Part shown: in pieces, positions 1 to 12,899 of the stretch
How positions within the stretch are numbered: position 1 is the stretch's first letter
How the letters are laid out: each line of letters begins with the position of its first letter
NCBI RefSeq assembly: GCF_006345805.1
Contig: NC_043023.1
Span: 7,254,001 to 7,318,000 of the forward strand
Direction: 5' to 3'
DNA from: Octopus sinensis
Lineage: Eukaryota
Length of the DNA stretch: 64,000 nt
The notes under the pieces: generated by a model
What the model was told of the DNA's origin: nothing
Database searches by the model: none
What the model saw: only the letters and a program-made list of their open reading frames with translations
Translations under genes and position numbers: made by a program

Positions 1-391
1 TAGTAATAAGAGAAGGAATATTCTAGGGAGACACACTCTCTCCACTCCTTTTCTGCTTGGCACTGACAACTTATCTGACATGCTAAACAGAACTACATAT
101 GGATACAACCGTTACGGCAAAACAGTCAGCCACCTCTTATATATGGATGATCTGAAAATGCATGCTACAAATGATAAACAGCTGGAAACATTACTATAGG
201 CAATACATGGATTTACCAAAGAAATAAATATGAAATTTGGTTTAGAAAAACGTGTCAAAGCAACCTGGAAAAGAGGAAAACTAGTTAAGAGTAGCAACAT
301 AACACTAGATAAAGCAAATAAATGCGAAAAACAAGATAATAGGTATCAACACTCTAGCTGTCCCAGTTATAAGTTACAGCAACAATATGTC
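1..391 (+). mobile_element. Decayed non-LTR retrotransposon RT fragment, R4/Dong-like
   Basis: Manual translation gives GIF*GDTLSPLLFCLAL ... SHLLYMDDLKMHA ... INMKFGLEK, the RT motifs (YMDD) of RLE-type LINEs. It has in-frame stops and ends at the gap. Confidence 0.7.
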
Positions 392-491
392 NNNNNNNNN
401 NNNNNNNNNNNNNNNNNNNNNNNNNNNNNNNNNNNNNNNNNNNNNNNNNNNNNNNNNNNNNNNNNNNNNNNNNNNNNNNNNNNNNNNNNNN
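392..491. other. Assembly gap (100 N)
   Basis: Run of N. Confidence 1.
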
Positions 492-2283
492 TCTTCCACG
501 GGTTCCCTCAACTGTTAAGATTGGCACTTTCTCACACACCTATCTTCATCCATTTTCGCCACATGACCATACCAGCACAATCGTCTCTCTTGCACACCAC
601 AACTGATGCTTCTTAGGTACAACATTTCTCTCAAGGTACTAACGCTCTGTCGAGTAAGTACACTGACATTACACATCCATCGGAGCATACTGACTTCATT
701 CCTCACGAGCTTACGCATGTCCTCAGCAGTCACGGCCCATGTTTCACTGCCATGTAGCATGGCTGTTCGTACACATGCATCATACAGTCTGCCTTTTACT
801 CTGAGCGAGAGGCCTTTAGTCACCAGCAGAGGTAAGAGCTCCCTAAACTTTGCCCAGGCTATTCTTATTCTAGCAGTTACACTTTCAGCACACCCACCCC
901 CACTACTGACTTGGTCACCTAGATAAGGAAGCTATCAACTACTTCTAGTTTTTTCCCCTGGAAAGTGACGGAAGTTGTTTCTGCAGATTTTCGGAGGTCA
1001 ATGCTCCGAGCATCTGCCACATACAAAAACTATCTTCCCAGTTAGCCTACCTTTGACATTGCTGCACCTCTTATGTGTCCATAGCTTACACTGGTACATC
1101 TTATAGAGTTTCTACCTACACCTTTTCTACAGATCGAGCAGGGCCATCTTCCTGAGGACATTGTGGATTGTCTACCTTTCTACTTATTAGTACTTTGGTT
1201 TTAGCTAGGTTGACTCTAAGGCCCCTCGATTCTAAACCCTCCTTCCACACCTGGAATTTCTCCTCCAGTTCTGATAGTGACTCAGCAATTAGAGCGAGGT
1301 CGTCAGCATAGAGGAGCTCCCAGGGGCAACCTGTCTTGAATTCCTCCACAATTGCCTGGAGGACTATGATAAATAGGAGGGGGCTGAGTACTGAACCCTT
1401 TTGGACCCCAACCTCTACTTTGAATTCTTCTGTGTACATGTTGCCAATCCTAACCTTACTTACAGCATCTCTGTACATGGCTTACACAGCCCTCACCAGC
1501 CATTCATCTATCCCTAGTTTCCTCATTGACCACCAGATGAGGGATCGGGGGACCCTATCAAAGGCTTTCTCCATGTCAACGAAAGCCAGGTACAGGGGCT
1601 TATCTTTGGCTAGGTATTTCTCCTGCAGCTGCCTTACCAGGAATATAGCATCAGTGGTGCTTTTCCCTGGCACGAACCCAAACTGTATCTCATCTAAACT
1701 AACTCTCTCTCTAATTAGTTGGGCTATGACCCTCTCCGTAACCTTCATTACCTCATCCAACAGCTTGATACCTCTGTAATTATTTGTATCTAGGGCATCA
1801 CCTTTACCTTTGTAGCAGTTGACTAGTATGCTGCTACACCAGTCATTTGGTATGACTCCTTCGTGTATCACCTGGTTGACTATATGGGTGACTAGGTTAT
1901 AGCCGACACTGCCAGATATTTTGAGCATCTCTGCAGTAATTCCTGATGGGCCTGGGGCTTTCCTGTCTTCATGCTTCTAATTGCCTTAGCTACCACGGAA
2001 CTATCAACTCGGATAGCTGGTCCCTCTGTTGGGTCAACATTGGCAGACTCTTTTATCCCATTCATTTTCTTTATTCAGCAACCTTTCATAGTGGCATCTC
2101 CAAACCTCTCTCTTTGCATCCTCATTTAGCGCAAGTGAACCATCATCCATGCGAACACACTTCTCTCCTACCACATCATGATTCTTTCTCTCACACACTG
2201 TCTTGCAACACGAAATACCTCAAGTCTTCATCCTCACGGCTCAGAACATTGGCAAATTTTTTCTTATCCGCTTCCCCTGGCTA
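492..2283 (-). mobile_element. RTE-clade LINE, 5'-truncated and frameshifted ORF2 (RT)
   Basis: ORFs 1482-1928, 1116-1478 and 515-823 carry NNYRGIKLL, QFGFVPGKSTTDAIF, FVDMEKAFDRVPR, GSVLSPLLF, LLYADDL and LRWYGHV. It is closely similar to the copy at 57968-60417. Confidence 0.92.
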
Positions 2284-2390
2284 AATATATATATGTATAT
2301 ATGTGTATATATATATTATATATATATATATATATATTATATATATCTATATATATATATATATATAATATATGTATATATATATATTTT
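2284..2390. repeat. (TA)n-rich microsatellite
   Basis: Direct inspection. Confidence 0.95.
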
Positions 2391-3091
2391 TTGTTTTTTT
2401 ACATGAATACTGTACAAAGATATTGAGTTTAGTGTAAGTTTTATGTGAGATCTAAAATATATTGGTTAGCTTTCAATACCGGTGCTAACTGCTGATTGGT
2501 CAATAATATCATGTCTGGTACTCTGGATATCCTAGAAATTTTACACATTATTATAAATCAGGCTTTATTCTGTTTTCTTTTTTGTTTTTGTTTTTTTCTT
2601 TTGACAGCCAAAAAAAAATAAATAACATACAAACACAGCAGTTCCTTGAAAAAAAAAACAACAACAATTGCGCTCCGTTGATTGCTATTTTTCTAATTAT
2701 TAATAATCATACATGTAATTTGCAATGAGAAAGAAAAATAAATGAGAAACATCATTGAAAAAAATTTTTTTTTGAAAAAAAAAAAGTTAAAAAGGAGAAA
2801 AGAATGTATCGGAAAAAAAAGGAAATAAAAAAAGAACATAAAACAAACATTTTTTAGACATATTTTGCAACATGAACCAACAGTGAAAAATTTTGTTAAC
2901 CTCTCCATCTCTCTCTCTCTCTCCTGTCTGTATATCTATTTCTCTTTCTATCTATCTGTCTATCTGATATTATGCAGTTAAAAACACAAAGTACAACTTT
3001 TACAAATAACATATATATATATATATATATATTACGGCGATGTACTCGCATAGCAAGTAATTTGATCTGAGATCGTGTGCTGAAACGAAGA

Positions 3092-3326
3092 CAATTGCAG
3101 CGTGGAAGGTGTTTATAAGCCATTTAAGAAACACACAAAAGCCGTTCGATTCACTTCAACATTTAAGTTTAATTTGTCATTAATTTGTCATTAATTTGTC
3201 ATTAATTTGTCATTAATTTGTCATTAATTTGTCATTAATTTGACAAATTAAACTTAAATGTTGAAGTGAATCGAATGGCTTTTGTGTGTTTCTTAATGGC
3301 TTATAACACCTTCCACGCTGCAATTG
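3092..3326. repeat. Fold-back inverted repeat (~87-bp arms) around six tandem TTAATTTGTCA units
   Basis: 3092-3179 is the near-perfect reverse complement of 3241-3326. The 11-mer repeats 6 times at 3169-3234. Confidence 0.9.
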
Positions 3327-3544
3327 GTTATATATATTATAATTATATATATATTATATATATATATTAGACACACATATATATATATGATAATAGTGAT
3401 AATAATAACAATAATATAAATCACTCTAGTAAATATATTTGTTTAAGTATAAATTTCCTCGGTTTTTATTGTTTTTTTTTTTTATAATTATTATTATATA
3501 TTATTACCATGTGTTTTTTTTGAATTGGGTCGCAGCATTGTTTT

Positions 3545-3600
3545 AGGTGGTGCTCCAGCATGGCCGCAGTCAATGACTGAAACAAGTAAACGGTAAACGA
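3545..3600 (+). mobile_element. SINE 3' tail fragment (family 1)
   Basis: GGTGGTGCTCCAGCATGGCCGCAGTCAATGACTGAAACAAGTAAA matches the tails of full copies at 47010-47378 and 37823-38196. Confidence 0.8.
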
Positions 3601-3714
3601 GTATATATGTATATATGTATATATATATGTATATATATATATATGTATATATGTATATATATATATGTATATATATATATATGTATATAATATATATGTA
3701 TATATATATGTGTA

Positions 3715-3752
<38 letters not shown>

Positions 3753-3789
3753 CATATATAGTATATAATATATATATATATGTATATAT

Positions 3790-6130
3790 GTATATATCCT
3801 TAAATCCTTAAATTCTTAAAAATGTTTTAGCCCGAAGGCTGCGGCCATGCTGGGGCACCACCGCTGAATGAGCTACACTAATTTGTGAATCCACCTCTGA
3901 TACGTGGCACTTGATCAACAAGGGAGTTTGATGCTGCTGCCCGCGTCCGTGTCTCCTGTCGTGAGGTAGGTTCATCTAGGACTCCCAACAAGAAGAGATC
4001 CAGTTTAGTTTTAAAAAACCCACATCCACACCATGTAAGTCTCTCAGGCATTTAGGGGGGATGTTAAAGAGCTGTGGTCCTCTGAAACCCAAGCTGTTGC
4101 AGTATCTGGACCTGTATTTTGATGGTGATGTTGGAATCCTTGGCACCACGCAGCGGCGCCCCGTTCTGCGGTTGGGGTAACTTTGAATGCCAAAGTTTGG
4201 GACAAGACCCTCCAGGATTTTCCAGATGTATATCACCGCATATCTCTCCTGCCTCCGCTCTAGGGAGAAGAGGTTTAATACTTTCAGTCTTTCCCAGTAG
4301 CTGATATTTTGCATTGAGACGATTTTCTTTGTGTAGCTTCTCTGAATTGCTTTGAGTTCTGCTGTTAGTTTTATATTGTGTGGTGACCACAGTTCGGAGC
4401 AGTAGTCCAAGCGGCTGAGGATGAATGTTTTCCATAGGACCATCAGTGTCTCCTTCTCTCTTGTTCTGAAAGTTCAGAGAATCCATCCAGCTAGCCGTTT
4501 GCATTTTATCACCAGATTAGCAATATGCATTTGGAAAGATGCATCATTGCTCATGTCAATGCCCAGGTCACGCACTGATTTTGACTCAGGGATTGCAATT
4601 CTTCCTGGGCCAGTGTATCCAGTCTTCACGTCATTTACCTTTGTGTGCCAGTAGCGCAGGGCCTGGAACTTACCTGCATTAAACTGCATGTTGTTGTCCT
4701 CAGCCCACCTGTATATCGTGTCCAGCTCATGTTGCAGATGCGCAATATTTTCAGGGTTTTGTATTGCGTGGGAGACTTTTGTGTCATCTGCATAGCTAGT
4801 AAGGGTGGTCATCGTAGCAACTGAAGGCATGTCTGAAAGGGCCACTATGAACATCAGTGGCCCCAAGACAGTGCCCTGCGGGACACCGCTTATTTGCGTT
4901 TCCTTGGAGGTGGCTCCATTGCTCACAACTGCCTGTTTTCTGTCTTTTAGGAAGTTGTGCAGCCACTCTCCAAGTTTCCCGCCTATGCCGAGACCACGCA
5001 GTTTGTGACAGATCATACCATGATCGACTTTATCAAAGGCTTTTGCAAAGTCGAGATATATTACATCCACATTTGAGCCATTTAATAGCTGTTTCAACAC
5101 CCAGTCATAGTGTTGCAAGAGCTGTGTTAGGCAGCCTCTACCTGGTCGAAATCCATGCTGGGTGTCAGACAGCAAGTCATTTTCTTCAAGGAACATGATT
5201 AGTTTCTTACGGACTATTCGTTCCATGACTTTGCTGATGTGTGAGGTCAGAGAGATAGGCCTATAATTTTTAGCATCTGCTCTGCTACCTCCCTTATGGA
5301 TAGGGCATATTACCCCCTCTTTCAATTTGACAGGGAGCTTACCACTTGCAAGAAAGCTCTGAAAAAGAAGCTGTAGCGGTTTTGCAAGGGCTCGTTTGCA
5401 TGATTTGAGAAGGATCGTTGGGAATCCATCAGGTCCAGCAGCTGAGTTTGTGTCAATCTCATCAATGGCTAGTGTGATATCATCATCTTCTATGTTGATG
5501 TACTCAATTTTTGTCTCTTTGGCCGCAGGTAAAGTGGCAGTCTCTTTGGCCGCAGGTAAAGTGGCAAAGAATTCTTCTGGGTTGTTTACTTGCCTGTGTC
5601 CTAGCGGTGTAGTGAACACACTTTGGAACTGTTCGTTCAGTATTTCACTTATCCTCGTGGGATTTCCTGTGAGAGAGCCATCTTTTTGGAAGAGAGGTCC
5701 TATTCTCTGGTGCACTGTGGCTGTCTCTTTGGCAAACTTAAAGAAAGCTTTAGGGTTTGATTTTATATTTTCTATTACCCAAGCTTCTTTATCTGCTCTC
5801 TCCTTTTCATGGGACTGATGTAGACTTTTCTCAGTTTCCATTAGCATTCTTTCGAGCCGAGACTTCTCACCACTATTGGTGTGCTTGCTCAGGCGGTTTG
5901 CAATTCTTGTCCGTCGTCTCATAAGAATCCTCCTTTCTCTAGGGATCCTGTTTTTGTTCTTGTGTGTGCTGGCCCTGCACACTGGGACATATTTGTCACA
6001 TATGGCTTGTATTATGGACTTGAAGTGTTTGTGTTTCATGTTTATGTCCGGTGTGGAGAGACATTCAGGCCAATCCTGTTTGAGGATCTCTTTCTCAATC
6101 AACTTCCAGTTGGCTTTATGAAAGTTTAAG
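3790..6130 (-). mobile_element. CR1/L2-group LINE, 5'-truncated, with 3' UTR and simple-repeat tail
   Basis: The RT ORF 4474-6102 continues after a frameshift in 3976-4443 (SRLDYCSELWSP, SLERRQERY). The 3' end on the - strand reads GGTGCCCCAGCATGGCCGCAGCCTTCGGGCTAAAAC followed by TTTAAG(G)A repeats. Confidence 0.9.
4474..6102 (-). CDS. Reverse transcriptase portion of LINE ORF2 (542 aa open, lacks endonuclease)
   Basis: Motifs [54 protein letters not shown] and YADDTK. Confidence 0.85.
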   Translation of the reverse strand: MIEKEILKQDWPECLSTPDINMKHKHFKSIIQAICDKYVPVCRASTHKNKNRIPRERRILMRRRTRIANRLSKHTNSGEKSRLERMLMETEKSLHQSHEKERADKEAWVIENIKSNPKAFFKFAKETATVHQRIGPLFQKDGSLTGNPTRISEILNEQFQSVFTTPLGHRQVNNPEEFFATLPAAKETATLPAAKETKIEYINIEDDDITLAIDEIDTNSAAGPDGFPTILLKSCKRALAKPLQLLFQSFLASGKLPVKLKEGVICPIHKGGSRADAKNYRPISLTSHISKVMERIVRKKLIMFLEENDLLSDTQHGFRPGRGCLTQLLQHYDWVLKQLLNGSNVDVIYLDFAKAFDKVDHGMICHKLRGLGIGGKLGEWLHNFLKDRKQAVVSNGATSKETQISGVPQGTVLGPLMFIVALSDMPSVATMTTLTSYADDTKVSHAIQNPENIAHLQHELDTIYRWAEDNNMQFNAGKFQALRYWHTKVNDVKTGYTGPGRIAIPESKSVRDLGIDMSNDASFQMHIANLVIKCKRLAGWIL

Positions 6131-6409
6131 TTGTATATGTATATGTTTATGTATATATATATGTATATATATATATATGTATATATATATATGTATATGT
6201 TTATGTATATATATATATGTATATATATGTATATATATATGTATATGTTTATGTATATATATATATGTATATATATATATGTATATGTTTATGTATATAT
6301 ATATGTAATATTTTTATGTATATATATATATGTTTATGTATATATGTATTATATATTTATATATATGTATAATATGTATATGTTTATGTATATATGTATA
6401 TATATATAT

Positions 6410-6442
<33 letters not shown>

Positions 6443-6710
6443 TTATATGTATATATATATATATATGTATGTATATATATATATATAGGTGTATATATAT
6501 ATGTATATGTTTATGTATATATGATATATATATATATGTATATAAATATATATGTGTATATATATGTATATGTATATATATATATGTATATATATATATG
6601 TATGTATATATATATGTATATATATATAATATGTATATATATATGTATAAATATATATATGCATATTATATAGTATAAATATATATATGTATATATACTA
6701 TATATATTTA
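6131..6710. repeat. Compound (TA)n/(TATG)n microsatellite
   Basis: Direct inspection. It is the source of the Y/I/M-rich spurious ORFs. Confidence 0.95.
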
Positions 6711-6720
6711 AAAAAAAAAA

Positions 6721-7083
6721 CACCATCCGAGCGTGGTCATCTGCTAGCCTTGTCTGGCACCTGTGTCGGTGGCACATAAAAGCACCATCCGAGCGTGGTC
6801 GTCTGCCAGCCTTGTCTGGCACCTGTGTCGGTGGCACATAAAAACACCATCCGAGCGTGGCCGTTCGCCAGCCTCGTCTGGCACCTGTGTCGGTGGCACA
6901 TAAAATCACCCACTACACTCTCGGAGTGGTTGGCGTTAGGAAGGGCATCCAGCTGTAGAAACAACTGCCAGATCTGACTGGCCTGGTGCAGCCTTCGGGC
7001 CCCAGACACCAGTTGAACCGTCCAACCCATGCTAGCATGGAAAGCGGACGTTAAATGATGATGATGATGATGATGATGATGAT
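6721..7083 (+). mobile_element. Solo RTE 3' UTR with (GAT)n tail and three ~58-bp internal tandem units
   Basis: Matches the reverse complement of 57968-58215, the 3' UTR of the RTE copy. It ends CGGACGTTAAAT(GAT)n. Confidence 0.85.
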
Positions 7084-7257
7084 ATATGTGTATATATATA
7101 TATATATATGTGTATACATATATATGTGTGTATATAAATATATATATATGTTTGTATATTAATATATATATGTGTGTGTATATATAAATATATATATAAA
7201 ATATATATGTATATATATATATATATCTATAAGTATATATATATGTGTGTATATATA

Positions 7258-8134
7258 TCTCTATCTCTCCATATATGAAAGGCAGTTTGTCTGTTTGCGT
7301 GTCTGTCTGTGTGTCTGTCAGGTTGTACCCTCACCCTGACCACGGTTTTCAACCGATTTTGATGAAACTTGACACAGACATAGCCAATGTCATAATTCAA
7401 AACTAATGCAGCGAAAATTTTGAAAAGTTCCTCCAGTTCTGAAAAAAATCGATAATTTCGACATGGGGTCGAGAATTTAAGCTTATCATATGCAACACAT
7501 TTTCCGTTCTAGTTTTTGCAACTTGCAATCGATTTTTACCAAACTCATGGTGAAGCTTAATGTTACCCAAAGGAACTTAATTCTGGCGTTAGTTTTCCAT
7601 GCAATACCTTACCATTAGAAAAAAATCGATAAAATCATGCCATTCTGGGAAATCGCGTTCAAATTCAAGATGACATATTTTCGACAATATCTTTAACAAA
7701 TTGGCAGGAATTTTTTTTTAAATTCACAGCGAGCAATGTGTCTCCTCCAAGGAGCTATATGACCCTTTTGATTCCAATAGGATACATTATTACTGGAAAA
7801 AATCGGTTAATTACATCATATGTGGCACACATAGCAAACCGATTTTTCTACGATATTTTTTGAAAGTTCACATAGATTTTCCATACACCGTTGTTGGACA
7901 TCAAGTTTGCATAAAATGTCAAACTACCGACCTTTTGTCAATGCAGTTAACAAGTATTGGGAGAAATCGACAAAACCATATCACTTTGATACCAACCATG
8001 GGAACCCTACAAAACTGACTTTTGTTATTTACAAAATAACGGTTCAATGAGTACAAAAAAGGGTAAAAATGTAAAGGATATTGCTTATTGACAAAGTTTC
8101 CTACATACCCGGGCAACGCCGGGCTATGCTGCTA

Positions 8135-8135
<1 letters not shown>
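7258..8135 (+). mobile_element. Non-autonomous Helitron-like element
   Basis: A|TC 5' end, subterminal hairpin CCCGG-GCAACG-CCGGG, then CTAG|T. The ends are shared with 47413-47790 and 54332-55540. Confidence 0.8.
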
Positions 8136-8183
<48 letters not shown>

Positions 8184-8244
8184 ATATATATATAATATAT
8201 ATATATATAATATTTTGCAGCTTTAATAAGAAGTATATTACTCT

Positions 8245-8540
8245 ACAGGACTGGTGAGCTTAGAGGAGGGCGCACCAGACTCCAGTTTGGCATGGTTTCT
8301 CCGGCTGGATGCCCTTCCTAACACTCTGAGAGTGTAATGGGTGCTTTTATGACAGCAGCATCAGCCACAACTACGATTTCACTTGGCTTGACGGGTCTTC
8401 CTTCTCAAGCACAGCATATTGCCAAAGGTCTTGGTCATTTTTCATTGGCCTTTGTGAAGCCCAGCACTCAAAAGGTGCTTTTCACATCCCACCAGCACAG
8501 GCGCTAGTTACATGACACCGACCAGCCACAACTAGGATTT
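8245..8540 (-). mobile_element. Diverged RTE 3' UTR
   Basis: GGCTGGATGCCCTTCCTAAC...GAGAGTGTAATGGGTGCTTTT motif, as in other copies. Confidence 0.65.
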
Positions 8541-8559
8541 ATATATTTCTGTATAAATC

Positions 8560-9290
8560 TTTAAATCTTTACACTTGTTTCAGCTTTAAAGCTATGGTCA
8601 TGCTGGGGTACCATCGTTGGCTTGTGCTAGATCATTAGTTGAAACCTCCTCTGATATGTGGCACTTGATGAATAAGGGAGTTTGATGCTGCTGTCTTCAT
8701 CTGTGTTTCCTGCCGTGAGGTAGGCTCATCTGGAATCCATAACAGGAAGGGATCCAGTTTTGTTTTGAAGACCCATCCACACCCTGCAGGTCTATCAAGC
8801 ATTTTGGAAGGATATTGAAGAGCTGTGAGTCCTTGAAACCCAAGCTGTTACAGTATCTGGTCCTCAATTTTGATGGTGATGCTGGGATCTTTGGCATTAT
8901 GCAGTGGTTCCCCATTCTGCTGTTTATGTAACTTTCAGTGCCAGAGTTTTTGGTACAAGGCCTTCCAGGATTTTCCAGATGTATATCACTGCATATCTTT
9001 CCCACTTTTGTTCTCGGGAGAAGAGTTTTAATTCTATCAGTTTTTCCCAGGAGCTGATACGTTGCATTGAGATGATTTTCTTAGTGTAGATTCGTTGGAT
9101 TGCTTCAAGTTCCACCATGAATTTTATATTGTGTGGTGACCATAGTTGGGAGCAGTAGTCCAAGCAGCTGAGGATGTATACCCTCCAAAGGACCTTCATT
9201 GTCCCCTTTTCTCTTGTTTTGAAAGTTCGGAGGATCCAACCAGCCAGCCATCTGCATTTTATTACAAAATTGTTAACATGTGAAGATACA
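8560..9290 (-). mobile_element. CR1/L2-group LINE 3' fragment
   Basis: ORFs 8924-9199 (SCLDYCSQLWSPHNIK) and 8697-9005 are homologous to 3976-4443. It has the same 3' terminal motif. Confidence 0.85.
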
Positions 9291-10050
9291 TGTGGCCGAG
9301 CTCCTGGGTCTCACAGAGGCAAAGTGACTGAGTTCCTTTTGAGTGCTGGGCCTCATGGAGGCAAAGTGGCTGAGTTCCTTTTGAGTGCTGGGCCTCATGG
9401 AGGCAAGGTGGCTGAGTTCCTTTTGAGTGCTGGGCCTCATGGAGGCAAGGTGGCTGAGTTCCTTTTGAGTGCTGGGCCTCATGGAGGCAAAGTGCTGAGT
9501 TCCTTTTGATGCTGGGCCTCATGGAGGAAAGTGGCTGATTCCCTTTGAGTGCTGGGCCTCATGAAGGCAAGGTGGCTGAGTTCCTTTCGAGTGCTGGCCT
9601 CATGGAGGAAGGTGGCTGAGTCCTTTTGAGTGCTGGGCCTCATGAGGCAAAGTGGCGAGTTCCTTGTGAGCTGTGGGCCTCATGGAGGCAAAGTGGCTGA
9701 GTTCCTTTTGAGTGCTGGGCCTCATGAAGGGCAAGGGGCTGAGGTCTTTTCGAGTGTGGGGACCTCATGGAGGCAAGGTGGCTGAGTTCTTTTGAGTGCG
9801 GGCCTCATGGAGGCAAAGGCTGAGTTCCTTTTGAGTGCTGGGCCTCATGGAGGCAAAGTGGCTGAGTTCCTTTTGAGTGCTGGGCCTCATGAAGGCAAGG
9901 TGGCTGAGTTCCTTTCGAGTGCTGGGCCTCATGGAGGCAAGGTGGCTGAGTTCCTTTCAAACAGGTGTCACAGAGGCGAGGTAGCTGAGTTCCTTTCAAG
10001 CATTGGGCCTCATGGGGGGAAAGTGACCGAACTCCCTCCATGTGTTGGCC
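9290..10050. repeat. 42-bp minisatellite, ~18 copies
   Basis: Unit CTGAGTTCCTTTTGAGTGCTGGGCCTCATGGAGGCAAAGTGG. Central copies carry 1-bp indels. Confidence 0.92.
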
Positions 10051-10200
10051 CTTGAGCGTCCACACTTTTTAACCGTTGGTGTCATGGTTGTTTTGTGGAG
10101 CTTCGCATTTGCTGGTGGTCTCTTTAGTGATTTGTGTTGCTTTTTGCATTTGATGATTTTTTTGCGTTGTTAGGATGTCGTTCATTTTTGGATCTCTAGT
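10050..10200 (-). mobile_element. Inverted partial copy of the adjacent Penelope-like element
   Basis: Its reverse complement aligns by eye to ~10868-11010 with multiple substitutions. Confidence 0.7.
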
Positions 10201-10204
10201 TGGT

Positions 10205-11130
10205 AAAGGAATTGCGATGGGAACAAAAGCAGCCCCTGTTCTTGTGAACCTAATAATTGGTTATTTTGAATCCACTTTATATGAAGTATCACTTCAGAAA
10301 TATGATTACCCCATTTTACCTGTACATAAGAGAAAATTGGAAAAGATACCTGGATGACTGTTTTATCATTTGGAAGGAGAACATCGACAAACTTTTGGAT
10401 TTCAAATCAACACTAAATGATATAAATAGTAACATTCAATTCACAATGGAATAACTCCCATTTTTAGACATCATGATAAAAAAAAAGTCAACAATCAAAT
10501 CATAACTGACATTTATTATAAACCAACTGACTCAAAACAATATTTCCTCTTCAAGTCATGGCACCTGAAATACATCAAAATAAATATCCCTTTCAATTTG
10601 ACAAAAAGGATTTGCACAATAGTGTCTGGATAGAACAACTCGGGACCTTCGTCTTCAAGACCTCAAAACAACGCTTACTGAAAGACAATATCCACCCTCT
10701 CTTATCGACGAGGGAATTAAACGTGCCAAACAATTAGACACAAAAACACTAAGAACAACAAAACATAACACCATACCTCATCTCAAAACACTACTATTTA
10801 TATCAACACACAATCCCAGAAACAGTGAGGCATACAACACTATTGTGCAAAATCTTCTTTTACTAACTAGAGATCTAAAAATGAGCGACATCCTGAAAAC
10901 ACACAAACTCATCAAATGCTAAAGGCGACACAAGTCACTGAGGAGACTGCTAACAAATGCGAAGCTTTGCAGAGCAACCACGAAACCAACGGTTGAAAAA
11001 TGTGGATGCCCAAACTGTGGAACCTGCCCCAACCTACTTGAAGGCTCAGATTTCCTTTCCAAACAAGGACAGAGGTTCACAATGAAAACTAGTTTCACTT
11101 ATGTCTCTGACAACCTAATTTTTCTTTTCT
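10205..11130 (+). mobile_element. Penelope-like element: decayed RT C-terminus, linker and start of GIY-YIG region
   Basis: Motifs GIAMGTKAAP, WKRYLDDCFIIW, NIQFTME, PFLDIMI, DIYYKPTDSKQY, FISTHNPRN and a CxxPxCxTC Cys motif. It has several stops and frameshifts. Confidence 0.85.
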
Positions 11131-11319
11131 TTTGGACTCTCCCATGTCTCCTGTTTCCAAAGAAGAGCTTTGCTCAAAACATAAAACAACCACTCTTTCT
11201 TTCCTTCTCTGAGCATCTTATCAATACTTTGCATGTACCACATTCTTGCGTTGTTGTTTTTTCCTCCATTTTTTAAAAATTAATTATATATACACACATA
11301 CATATGGTGCTGGTGTCTC

Positions 11320-11520
11320 ATTAAAAAGCCCCTCTCCTGGTGTCACATAAAAAGCACTCTGCATACTCAGTAAAATGGGTGGTGTTAGGAAGGGCGTCCT
11401 ACCATGGAAATGATGCTAAAACAGACCACTAGAGCCAGGTGGAGCGCTCTGCCAGGCCAGTTCCTGTCAAACCACCCTAACCCATGCCAACATGGAAAAA
11501 CGGATGTTAAAGGAGGAGGA
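11320..11520 (+). mobile_element. Diverged RTE 3' UTR
   Basis: GTGTTAGGAAGGGCGTCC...AACCCATGCCAACATGGAAAAACGGATGTTAAA resembles the 6900-7060 segment. Confidence 0.6.
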
Positions 11521-11735
11521 GGATGTATATATATATGTTATCTTTACCAAAAATACCTAATGGTATCAGCATTGTGTGTAAAGAAGCTGCCATGCAATCC
11601 GGGTTAACTTGAGCTCTATCAAACTTTTATTGACAAGGAAGAACTCTAGAGAGGTGTTGGGGGGGGGAATAGGTGACTCATTTAGAAATGATTAAATTTG
11701 AAACATTAACAGCATGCAGCAGAGAAAATGATCAG

Positions 11736-11778
11736 CTGTAGTAGTAGTAGTAGTAGTAAGTAGTAGTAAGTAGTAGTA

Positions 11779-11810
<32 letters not shown>

Positions 11811-11887
11811 ATAGTAGTAGTAGTTAGTATAGTAGTAATAGTAGTAGTAGTAGTAGTAGTAATAGTAGTAGTAGTAGTAGTAGTAGT

Positions 11888-11951
<64 letters not shown>

Positions 11952-11976
11952 ATAGTAGTAGTAGTAGTAGTAGTAA

Positions 11977-12060
<84 letters not shown>

Positions 12061-12062
12061 CA
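11736..12062. repeat. (TAG)n trinucleotide microsatellite
   Basis: Direct inspection. Confidence 0.95.
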
Positions 12063-12899
12063 CTACTATTACCAGTAGGTAACATGAAATAGGCTACTCA
12101 GACAAAAACTTTCTCACCCCGGGGGTGGGGGTGATAAAGTTTTAAATATAATGATAATGATATGAAGGGAAAAGTTTTTAATATTATATCATGATCTTTG
12201 TCAAGATATATCTATGAAAATGTCACTGGGAGTTTTCTTCATAACCCCTTCCTATACTTGTGATGGTGATGGTCATGGTGGGGTTTATTGTCAGATAAGC
12301 ATTCCCTGTATTTTGATTTTGCTTTCACAGTTTGTGATTGTTGCTGCTATAAAAAGACTTGCAGGAATATTACCCCTCCTCTTTATTTTCTGTAAAAAGA
12401 GATTGTCTTATAGGTTACAAAAAGAAAAACAAAAAAAAGACGTCTCTGAAGGGGTTTGTTTGGTGCTGTCTGTCCCTCCTCCTCCTTCTACCTACTTCCT
12501 CTCCCTGCCCATCCACCCCTCAGCAACCACCTCATTCATTTTAGAGGATTCCATTTGAAGAAAGGGATTGGCAGGTGTTTTGGAATAGGTCAGCAGGCTA
12601 CCACTCACCACCACCACCACCTTTCACTCCCTTATTATTACATTTTCACTCCCCAAACCAGTTGCCCAATCACAAGCAGCCTTTCCCTTGCTCTGAGAGA
12701 GAGAGAGAGAGAGAAAAACAGACAAAAAACAAAACCCAAACCCAATCTCTTATCTCTTATCTCTGCAAACTCTGCTGACCTACTAAAACAACTTAGAAGA
12801 AGCAGTAGAAGCCATTACTTCCCACAATATAAAATCTGATCTTACACAGATGTTATTTACTGTTTGGTCTTTTTTTTGTTTTGTATAAAGACTTTTTCT

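Noticed and set aside
1336-1779. Plus-strand ORFs overlapping RT genes (also 59429-59848, 5396-5818)
   Set aside because: These are antisense shadows of RT coding sequence.
6131-6710. Long ORFs rich in Y/I/M/C/H/T (also at 2178-2426, 20793-21175, 39778-40709, 60418-60894)
   Set aside because: These are translations of TA/CA/GA microsatellites, which lack stops in some frames.
11700-12085. Poly-Thr/poly-Ser exon candidate
   Set aside because: It is almost entirely (TAG)n with frame-breaking interruptions, and the flanks give no recognisable protein.
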